This document shows, in pieces, positions 1 through 7,498 of a stretch of DNA of 64,000 nucleotides (position 1 is its first letter; each line of letters starts with the position of its first letter). The translations under genes were made by a program, and so were the position numbers. This DNA comes from Verrucomicrobiia bacterium (GTDB lineage Bacteria; Verrucomicrobiota; Verrucomicrobiia; Limisphaerales; UBA1319), in the NCBI GenBank assembly GCA_963664225.1, contig OY760937.1, positions 3,552,001 through 3,616,000 on the forward strand. Direction: 5' to 3'. The notes under the pieces are model-generated. The model searched no databases. It was not told where the DNA came from and saw only the letters and a program-made list of their open reading frames with translations.

Positions 1-212
1 GCCCTCTCTTACCACTTAGCTCTCTGCTTTCTACGCTTAGCCCTTCGCACTCTGCGCATTTAACGTCTTCTGCATAAGCACTTTAAACATTAAACCACCC
101 ATTCGGGTATTGCGACTAATGCCAAAGCTTATAAAAGATTGGCGAGGAATGGAAGAGCCAGATGCAGGAATCGAAGGGTTTGTTGCAGTGAACGCATGCT
201 TTTCTCAACGGC

Positions 213-461
213 AGGGGGCTGAGAGCGGAGCGCTGAGGGCAGAAAACCAGAGGTCAGAGGTCAGAGATCAGGTGTCAGAAAAAAAACGGTCCTTGGTCCT
301 TAGTCCTTGGTCCGTGGTCGGGAAAACAAAAAGCAAAGGGCACAGCGCCAAGGGCGGAGGGCGGAGGGTGACTACCACAAAGAGCGCAGAGATCACAAAT
401 AAACGCAAAGGGCGGAGGGAAAGGCGGTTATTTAGACATGATGGACAGGATCCGCAGGATG
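213..461 (+). repeat. Purine-rich mosaic repeat block 1
   Basis: Tandem CAGAGGT, GGTCCTT and GCGGAGG 7-mers, plus GACTACCACAAAGAGCGCAGAGATCACAAA and GACATGATGGACAGGATCCGCAGGATG (435-461). These modules recur at 3.1, 5.1 and 6.2 kb. Confidence 0.85.
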
Positions 462-691
462 AGAATTCCCCGAACCGAAATTTCGCGCATTGAACCCCTG
501 AACCATGTATTTATGCAAGTTTCCTGTAATGAAATACATCCCACTTTGGGTTCATGGGGAGATCAAAAAAAGCTGAGGCCAAAGTTGTGAATTGAGTCAA
601 CCGCCAAACAAAAAGTCATGAGAAAACCATTTCGCAAATCAGGTTCCAATGACTTTTTCAAGGTCCGGTATTTCAAAAATCAGGCCCGCAG

Positions 692-1030
692 TTGTTCGAG
701 GGCTTACGCATTGCGTTGAAGGAATCCCTCGGTTGCCAACCGACCTTCGAACGTTTGGCGAAAATTCTGAATGAGAATGTCAGCACGGTGCACCACTGGC
801 TTACATCCCAGCCCCATACCCATTTGGTCGCCTTTCTCGCCCTTATGGAGCGCCTATCCGAACGCAAGCGCCACGACCTGCTCCATGAATATTGTCGCGA
901 ATTGCCCAGTTTGGACAATCCACGGATCGCCCACGATCTGCTGGCCGTTTCCGGACTGGAAAGAATCCTGGGCAAAAAGAACGGGCTTAAGTGGATCTGT
1001 GGCGGATCGGAATTTCATCGCACTTTCCAA
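692..1030 (+). pseudogene. Truncated HTH-like hypothetical protein fragment
   Basis: The first ~112 codons read like an HTH (FERLAKILNENVSTVHHW). The rest of the 692-1360 ORF is largely antisense to the parE remnant. Confidence 0.3.
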
Positions 1031-1114
1031 CATCTAAACGTAGTGACAAAATTCCTGAATGCTCAACTTGGAGCATCCAGGAGCATACGATACCGGAGAT
1101 GGGCTTGCCTTGGC

Positions 1115-1452
1115 TCAATCCGTCTCCGGTGGTTCGAGCAATCTGCGGAGCAAATTACGGTGCCCGTGCATTGCGCGTTGCAGCACCACTTCGTTGGTCA
1201 ACACTTCGTAAAACAGGATCTGATTGTTGAATGGCCGGAAAACGAGGAAGAAGCGCCACTCGCGCAGACGCGGGTGGGCGAAGCCGCCGCGCGGGCCAAG
1301 ATGCGGTTGCCGGCCAGGCAAATTACAAGTGGCTTCCACCGCATCGAGATAAGGAGATAACAATCAGCCACGCTCCAGCCAGCGTTGACGGTGTATCACT
1401 CAAACTGCATCTCGACATCGGCGACAAAGCCGTCCGTTTTGCGGACGATCAT
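1115..1452 (-). pseudogene. parE: ParE/RelE-family toxin, inactivated
   Basis: ATG 1452 overlaps the antitoxin stop. Reads MIVRKTDGFVADVEMQFE*YTVNAGWSVADCYL, then frameshifts into DAVEATC...ILFYEV...RAMHGHRNL. In-frame TGA at 1396-1398; duplicated GAGATAA at 1346-1360. Confidence 0.8.
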
Positions 1453-1709
1453 GCAGCGGAGGTTTTGGTGCGCGCCCGAACTCTATCGCGGATGGCGTCG
1501 AAGTCCGCCCTGGTCAGCGGGGTGGTCGGTTGGTCGGCGGCTTCCAGCAACCAGGCTTCGAGTTCCGGCGTAACCTCGAAAGGCTTGCGCTGCTGCTCGC
1601 GCAGGGAGCGGAGCACGTCATTGGCCAGTTCGCTGGCGTCAGCACAAGCGCCGGTGCGAACCTGTTCTTGCAGGAACTCTTCAACGTCTTTGGCGAGAGC
1701 AATCGTCAC
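1449..1709 (-). CDS. parD: ParD-family (ribbon-helix-helix) antitoxin
   Basis: From GTG 1709: TIALAKDVEEFLQEQVRTGACADASEL...FDAIRDRVRAR, a ParD/CC2985-like pattern directly upstream of the parE remnant. Confidence 0.75.
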   Translation of the reverse strand: MTIALAKDVEEFLQEQVRTGACADASELANDVLRSLREQQRKPFEVTPELEAWLLEAADQPTTPLTRADFDAIRDRVRARTKTSAA

Positions 1710-1948
1710 GGCAATACTGTGCGGCAGAAGCCACCGGGTGTCTAACCTCCCAGAGACAGTAGCTTGTGTGACCAGCGGTCGTGAATCTTGAAGGATGACT
1801 CGACCGGCGGATCGATCTGTTGATGCTGGCTTAAACGAGCCCGAACTCGGTCTTGGGCCTGGGCGGCAGCCTCCCGCTCCCCCAAGCGTGCCGACTCCGG
1901 TAAATGGCGCCCCAATGAAACGTTGTTCTTCGGTCATGGTTGCGGCAC

Positions 1949-2998
1949 TCATAGCGCATGGCCAAATGACTCCATGGCTCGTCGGGCTTCGGCGGCCATG
2001 GGCAGTGATTTTGCAAGCAGTGATTTTATTCCCAGTGCGTCAGTAATCGGTTGAAGGGCTTGAATCAAAGGAAGGGAGTCTGTTTTTATGATTGCGGGTC
2101 TGAAACCAGAGGATCGAATCGATTGAACCAACCCCTGGGCGGCGGCCTGGGCCATGGTGTCTTCAGGGTCGGCGAGCATGAAGCCCAGCACCGCACCTGA
2201 TTTGGAATCGACTCCCAGGGCGAGTTTTGGGAAATAGGGTCGCGGCGGTTGGAGAATGCGCATGGAGGAGTAAAATGCCGCCAGTTCCCAGACACTTGCC
2301 GCCTGCTGCGGCAATTTTATCAAACCGGCCAGGTCGCATGCCTCAGGTTGAACCACGGGATCGGGTGTCAGTGGGGCGGCAACAAGAGTGTGCCATACCA
2401 ATTGGTCTGCACTCAAAGGCGCGGATCCGGCGGCTGGAAGGAATGGAAAAACGTTGCGTTGACGGGTTTCATAGATCGTTGGGTTGGCACGAAAGAACTC
2501 CGCAAAACGGGTGGCATTGCCCAGGTCATCGAGCAAAAGGCGAGCCTCGGCTTCCTCCAAAAACCATGGAACATAGCCGGGTTTGTGACTTTTGAATTCC
2601 GGATAAAGCCTTGGTTTTAAGGTCGCAGGCTTGAAATCAATCGCTTTCATAACCGCACGGTCGTGCTTATCAAGCTCTTTGACAGGCACAAAATCGGCCA
2701 GCAAGGCATCCTGGTGGAAAACGGCATCCGGATGTTCCGGTTCAAATTGGCCATTTAAAAGGCGCAGAAGGAAATTGGCCCCCGTGCTGCCGCGATAAGT
2801 GACCACCCCAAAAACCTCCCCCATTCCGCCCAGCACGGAAACCAATCGTGTGCCATGGGCGTTGCTGACACCGAACACATTGGAATCGTTCATCCACTGC
2901 CAGGGGGCCAGCTCTTGAACGCGGGTGGCGGCACGGTATAACTCACGCCATAGATCCAATGGGACCGACGGTGGAATGGGGGCGGTATTCTTAGCCAT
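1949..2998 (-). CDS. Hypothetical protein (DUF6930/DUF7309-like)
   Basis: 349-aa ORF with WRELYRAA...LAPWQWM, SVLGGMGEVFG and PGYVPWFL motifs. Confidence 0.6.
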   Translation of the reverse strand: MAKNTAPIPPSVPLDLWRELYRAATRVQELAPWQWMNDSNVFGVSNAHGTRLVSVLGGMGEVFGVVTYRGSTGANFLLRLLNGQFEPEHPDAVFHQDALLADFVPVKELDKHDRAVMKAIDFKPATLKPRLYPEFKSHKPGYVPWFLEEAEARLLLDDLGNATRFAEFFRANPTIYETRQRNVFPFLPAAGSAPLSADQLVWHTLVAAPLTPDPVVQPEACDLAGLIKLPQQAASVWELAAFYSSMRILQPPRPYFPKLALGVDSKSGAVLGFMLADPEDTMAQAAAQGLVQSIRSSGFRPAIIKTDSLPLIQALQPITDALGIKSLLAKSLPMAAEARRAMESFGHAL

Positions 2999-3060
2999 GG
3001 GTCAAGCCTGTCATATTCCTGGAATTCTGGCAACCCGCCACACACCTTGTCATTTGGGTG

Positions 3061-3385
3061 GCAGAAAAGGCAAAGGGTAGAAAAAGCGGAGGGCAGAGGG
3101 CGGAGGGCGGCAAAAATACGTCACTGGTCCGTAGTCCTTGGTCCTTGGTCGGGAAAACAAAAAGCAAAGGGCACAGCGCTAAGAGCGGAGGGTGACTAAC
3201 ACAAGAGGCCAGAGGACAGAGATCAGAGGTCAGGTCCCAGCCTGGGCCATCGGCCCAGGTAATCGGCCCCAAACAAATCAAAGGGCGGAGAGCGGAGGGT
3301 GGAGCGTAATTAAAACGTCCTTGGTCCGTAGTCCTTGGTCCTTGGTCGATAAACCAGAGGGCGGAGGGCGGAGGGCAGAGCAGCC
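3061..3385 (+). repeat. Purine-rich mosaic repeat block 2, including a REP-like hairpin
   Basis: 3132-3192 is near-identical to 301-361. A second GGTCCGTAGTCCTTGGTCCTTGGTC copy lies at ~3323 and a CCTGGGCC-ATC-GGCCCAGG hairpin at ~3241-3259. Confidence 0.85.
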
Positions 3386-3410
3386 AATAAACACGAGTTA
3401 TGGGATCTGA

Positions 3411-3472
3411 CGCATAATCATGATTTATGCGGCACATCCGATATTGACGTTTTATCGGACTTGGCGCATATT
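3411..3472 (+). promoter_or_regulatory. hipBA promoter and palindromic operators
   Basis: Palindromes CGCATAATCATGATTTATGCG and CCGATA..TATCGG. TTGACG(3444)-17 nt-CATATT ends 6 nt before ATG 3479. Confidence 0.55.
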
Positions 3473-3478
3473 TGTGGC

Positions 3479-3727
3479 ATGATTGGTCTGGCTCGTGATC
3501 CAAAGCAAATCGGAAACCTGATCCGCCGCGCCCGCAAGCAGCGGGCTTTAAGTCAAAAGGCGCTTGGCGATAAAGCAGGCTTGCGTCAGGAAACGATCTC
3601 CCTCATCGAGAACGGAAATCCCGCCGCAAAGATTGAAACCATTCTTGGACTGCTCGCGGTCCTTGACCTGGAATTGCACATCGCCCCCCGTTCCAAAGGG
3701 GGATATGACATGGAAGGCGATCTCTGA
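3479..3727 (+). CDS. hipB: HipB XRE-family HTH antitoxin
   Basis: LSQKALGDKAGLRQETISLIENG HTH; stop overlaps the hipA start. Confidence 0.9.
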   Translation: MIGLARDPKQIGNLIRRARKQRALSQKALGDKAGLRQETISLIENGNPAAKIETILGLLAVLDLELHIAPRSKGGYDMEGDL

Positions 3728-5028
3728 TGTCCCGCAAGCGTCTTCATGCACCTTTGCGGGTCCTTCTCAATAATCGTCTGGTCGGGTATTTGGAGAAGCA
3801 GGCAGGCGGCGCGGTCTCTTTTCAATACGTTGAAAGCTGGCTTGCCTCAAATGACGCCATCCCCCTCTCCATGTCGCTCCCTTTACGCGAAGATGCTTAC
3901 AGGGGGGAACCGGTGGTCGCCGTTATTGAAAACCTGTTGCCCGACTCCGACATCCTGAGGCGACGGATTGCCGGGAAGATCGGTGCGAAGGGCACTGACG
4001 CCTTCAGCCTGCTGTCTCAGATCGGCCGGGATTGCGTTGGTGCATTGCAGTTTGTTCCCGATGACGACAAGGCTGCTCCTAAAACATCGGGCATCAACGG
4101 GGAGCCCATCGATGAACAAGAGGTTGAGCAAATACTCATAAACCTGGTTCGGGCGCCTCTGGGACTCGACCTGGATGAGGAATTTCGCATCTCCGTCAGC
4201 GGGGCCCAGGAAAAGACAGCCCTGTTACACCATGAAGGGCAATGGCTAAAACCGCACGGGACGACGCCAACCACCCATATTCTGAAAACCCAGATCGGAA
4301 CCTTGCCCAATGGGATCGATCTCTCGAACAGCGTTGAGAATGAGTATTACTGTTTGAAGCTCATGACCGCGTTTGGCCTCCAGGCGAATGCCGCCAGAAT
4401 AAGGTATTTCGGAAAAACCAAGGCGCTCGTTGTGGAGCGATTCGACCGGAGATGGACCAGCGACGGACGATTGCTTCGGATTCCACAGGAAGATATTTGC
4501 CAGGCTCTCTCATGTCCTCCCAGCCAGAAATACCAGAACCAGGGCGGGCCTGGCATGGTTGACATTCTTAAATTTCTGAAAGGAAGCGATACGCCGCTTG
4601 AAGATCAGAAGGCCTTCGTGAAAGCACAAATCCTGTTCTGGCTTATTGGCGCGACGGACGGCCATGCGAAGAACTTCAGCATTTATTTGGGACGAGGCGG
4701 GCGATTCAAGCTGACGCCGGTTTATGACGTTCTGACCGCGCAACCCAGTCTGGATGCCCGTCAGATCGAGCGCAAACAATTGAAAATGGCCATGTCCGTC
4801 GGAGACAGCCGACATTACAGGATTGATGAAATCAAAGGGCGTCATTTTATCCAGACTGTCGAGCGCGCTGGTTTGCCCGCAACACTCGCCAGAGAGGCGA
4901 TGGATGAAATTGGCCGGAATGTCGAAAGGGCATTCAACACCCTTGAGAAGCAGCTTCCACGAGGCTTTTCCGCAGAAATCCACAGCTCAGTGAAAAGGGC
5001 AATGACGTCGCGGCTGAAGAATCTTTGA
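3727..5028 (+). CDS. hipA: HipA kinase toxin
   Basis: N-terminal HipA coupling domain, ISVSGAQEK loop, ILK, DGHAKNFS catalytic motif and PVYD. Confidence 0.95.
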   Translation: MSRKRLHAPLRVLLNNRLVGYLEKQAGGAVSFQYVESWLASNDAIPLSMSLPLREDAYRGEPVVAVIENLLPDSDILRRRIAGKIGAKGTDAFSLLSQIGRDCVGALQFVPDDDKAAPKTSGINGEPIDEQEVEQILINLVRAPLGLDLDEEFRISVSGAQEKTALLHHEGQWLKPHGTTPTTHILKTQIGTLPNGIDLSNSVENEYYCLKLMTAFGLQANAARIRYFGKTKALVVERFDRRWTSDGRLLRIPQEDICQALSCPPSQKYQNQGGPGMVDILKFLKGSDTPLEDQKAFVKAQILFWLIGATDGHAKNFSIYLGRGGRFKLTPVYDVLTAQPSLDARQIERKQLKMAMSVGDSRHYRIDEIKGRHFIQTVERAGLPATLAREAMDEIGRNVERAFNTLEKQLPRGFSAEIHSSVKRAMTSRLKNL

Positions 5029-5046
5029 ACGTCAGTAACGTCCACT

Positions 5047-5380
5047 GAAAAGGCAAAGGGCGGAGCGGTAAGCCGATGTTATGGACATGATGGACAGGAT
5101 CCGCAGGATGCGGTCAAAAAACGCGGAGAGCGGAGGGCAACTAACACAAGAGGTCAGAGGCCAGAGGTCAGCAAGAAGCGCGAAGAGCAAAGAGCGGAGA
5201 GCGGAGAGCGGAGAGCGGAAGGAAGGGAGACTACCGCAAAGAGCGCAGAGATCACAAAAAAAGCAGATTGAACCGCTGATGGGCACTAATTGACGCTGAT
5301 CTCCGGCCGCTTATTTTTGGCTATTACCTCTTCGCGCTCAGCCCTTTGCCCTCCGCGCAAGCCAGAGGGCGGAGGCGCAG
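5047..5380 (+). repeat. Purine-rich mosaic repeat block 3
   Basis: GACATGATGGACAGGATCCGCAGGATG at 5084-5110, (GAGCGGA)x4, GACTACCGCAAAGAGCGCAGAGATCACAAA at ~5229 and a CGCTGAT 9-periodic unit. Confidence 0.85.
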
Positions 5381-5439
5381 TGCGTGTTTTTTTTGAGGAG
5401 CGTCGGAGTTTTCAATCCTCCCCGAAGAAATCCAATCAC

Positions 5440-5844
5440 TCATCCGATCGAACCAGCCTTTGACAAGGGCGGGATCAGTTCCACCCCGGCATGGGCGATC
5501 CTGGAATCCAATGTGGCCAGTTTCATGTGGCTCCTTAAAGCGAGGTCCGCCAGGTAAAAATCGGTGATCTCTTCGTTCTTTCGCGGCCTCGATTTCAAGG
5601 ATGGCAAATCGTCGGCCACAAATTCGGCGTGGGATTTTTCGATGAAGGTCCGCAACAACTCCCGGGCCGTCGCCAGCTCGGCATGAATTGCTTTAGGATG
5701 GCTGCTGATTCTTAAAAAGCCGAGTTCCGAAATCGGGCAGGTGGCCACCGTTTTATCTCGAATCCAGGCATCCGCGCGCGCATGCTCGGTATGATTCACC
5801 CAGAGGGCGGCAATCAGAACGTTGACATCCAATAAATAGGTCAT
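5440..5844 (-). CDS. vapC: VapC PIN-domain ribonuclease toxin
   Basis: YLLDVNVL, ISELGF, TDFYL and LATLD acidic PIN residues intact. Confidence 0.9.
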   Translation of the reverse strand: MTYLLDVNVLIAALWVNHTEHARADAWIRDKTVATCPISELGFLRISSHPKAIHAELATARELLRTFIEKSHAEFVADDLPSLKSRPRKNEEITDFYLADLALRSHMKLATLDSRIAHAGVELIPPLSKAGSIG

Positions 5845-6101
5845 GGCAGATCATTCAAAAGTTCCCGCACTTGAGCGCTGGTGATGGATCGGCCGGTGTC
5901 TCCCACCGGAGGCCTGCCTTTGCGATGAATGATCCTGGCCTTGACCGGTGCCATCGCGGCCGGTTTTTCAAGGCGCACCAAAACGAGCCGGCCGTTTCCC
6001 TCGGGTTGCACGGAAACCACATCCCCGGCAGCGATGCCGGCTTCTTTTCGCGCCCGGGCGGGTATCACCATCTGCCCGCGCCCATAGATCGTTGCATGCA
6101 T
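5841..6101 (-). CDS. vapB: AbrB/MazE/SpoVT-family antitoxin
   Basis: RGQMVIPARARKEAGIAAGD swapped-hairpin motif; ATGA overlap with vapC. Confidence 0.85.
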   Translation of the reverse strand: MHATIYGRGQMVIPARARKEAGIAAGDVVSVQPEGNGRLVLVRLEKPAAMAPVKARIIHRKGRPPVGDTGRSITSAQVRELLNDLP

Positions 6102-6107
6102 AAGCTG

Positions 6108-6136
6108 AAATTACTGTAAGCAATGCTTACGGTCAA
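6108..6136 (-). promoter_or_regulatory. vapBC promoter with palindromic operator
   Basis: Minus strand TTGACC-17 nt-TAATTT ends 6 nt before ATG 6101. The spacer contains the palindrome GTAAGC-ATT-GCTTAC. Confidence 0.65.
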
Positions 6137-6300
6137 GAAAGGCAAGGCCAAGCCGGAGTTTTAGACATGATGGACAGGAAACGCAGGATGCGGTCAAAAA
6201 ACGCGGAGGGCTGAGCGCGAAGGACGGTGGGAAGGGGGTGACTACCGCAAAGTGCAAAGATCACAAAAAAAAGGCAAAGGGCAAAAAGGGCGGAGCGCTT
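6135..6300 (+). repeat. Purine-rich mosaic repeat block 4
   Basis: GACATGATGGACAGGAAACGCAGGATGCGGTCAAAAAACGCGGAG at 6164 matches 5084. GACTACCGCAAAG..GATCACAAA at ~6240. Confidence 0.85.
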
Positions 6301-6406
6301 CGAACGCCCAACAGCGAACAACTACATTTTTACCGCGTTCCTCTGGGATGGCCCGGGGGGGTGCCTTTGCACAACAAGCCCCTAACGCTGCTCATTGGGA
6401 AAAAAT

Positions 6407-7345
6407 CTAGATCTGGTAATCGGCGATCAATTCGTCGCGGGCGGCCTTGCTGGTCACGCGCACCGTCAACCCCTCGAACACCACCAGCGAACGGGCCGGG
6501 ACGCTGTTGGTTAAAAACACGTTGGCGCCGATGGTGCTGCCCGCGCCCACCACCGTTTCCCCGCCCACAATCGTGGCCCCCGCGTAAATCGTCACATTAT
6601 CCTCGAGCGTCGGATGTCGCTTCTTGCCCCGCAAGGCCTGCCCCCCGGCCAGCGACCGCGCCACCAGGCCCACGCCTTGATACATTTTCACGTTCTCGCC
6701 GATTTCGCTCGTTTCCCCGACGACGGTGCCGGTGCCGTGGTCGATGAAGAAATGGGAACCGATGCGCGCGCCCGGATGGAGGTCGATCCCCGTGCGGGAA
6801 TGCGCCCACTCGGTCATGATGCGCGGGATGAGCACCACCTGCTGAAGATAAAGCTCGTGGGCCATCCGTTGAATGGAGATGGCCTCCATAAAGGGATAGG
6901 AGACGATCACCTCGTCCTTGCTCAAGGCGGCGGGATCCCCATTGTAGGCCGCCTCGGCATCCGTCTGGAGCAGATCGCGAATCGCCGGGAGCTTGGAGAG
7001 AAATTTCAGGGTCAAATCCCGCGAGAACTTGTCTTCATGGCCCGGGGTCAGGCCCTCCGGCGGGAAATAATCGAGACTTTTGCGGATTTCGTCCTGCAAG
7101 CGGCGTTGAATCAGGTCCAGGAGGCCTGAGGTGATGCACTTGAGTTCCGAGGTTTGAATCGGCTTTTCCGTGAAGAAACCGGGAAACAGCAAACGCAGCA
7201 AATCCGCCGCAATCAAGGCAATCCCCGTCTTGGACGGCAGATTCGCACCATCGAGATGGTTGATTCCGCCCGCCCGCGAATAGGAAGCCAGGATGCGCTC
7301 CGTCAATTGTGGCATGGTTAAATGCACGTCAGCCACTATCACCAA
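6407..7345 (-). CDS. cysE: Serine O-acetyltransferase (CysE/EpsC type)
   Basis: GDPAA, TGIDLHPGARIG, FFIDHGTGTVVGET and KRHPTLED hexapeptide repeats. Start codon uncertain. Confidence 0.9.
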   Translation of the reverse strand: MVIVADVHLTMPQLTERILASYSRAGGINHLDGANLPSKTGIALIAADLLRLLFPGFFTEKPIQTSELKCITSGLLDLIQRRLQDEIRKSLDYFPPEGLTPGHEDKFSRDLTLKFLSKLPAIRDLLQTDAEAAYNGDPAALSKDEVIVSYPFMEAISIQRMAHELYLQQVVLIPRIMTEWAHSRTGIDLHPGARIGSHFFIDHGTGTVVGETSEIGENVKMYQGVGLVARSLAGGQALRGKKRHPTLEDNVTIYAGATIVGGETVVGAGSTIGANVFLTNSVPARSLVVFEGLTVRVTSKAARDELIADYQI

Positions 7346-7498
7346 ACCGGCCTGAAAAGCAAGTCGCAGCCACAGAGTGCCGGAACTGCGAGATCGAGGG
7401 AGTCCGAGACCGGCAAGGGATCGGCACCGGCCGGGTGTCGCAACGCACCAGGAGAATTCGTTCTAAAAACCAGGCAGGGCGGGCCGTCCTCCGGGCGG

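Noticed and set aside
1710..1952. N-terminal extension of the 167-aa ORF, or a structured RNA at ~1830-1915
   Set aside because: Only the last 86 codons resemble ParD. The GC-rich stretch matches no RNA family I can recognise.
213..6300. CRISPR array or integron attC interpretation of the repeats
   Set aside because: No constant repeat-spacer period, no cas or integrase gene, and no RYYYAAC/GTTRRRY pairing recognised.
110..6321. ORFs 110-493, 2991-3503, 3192-3410, 5032-5286, 5081-5293 and 6133-6321
   Set aside because: They are translations of the non-coding mosaic repeats, with low-complexity products.
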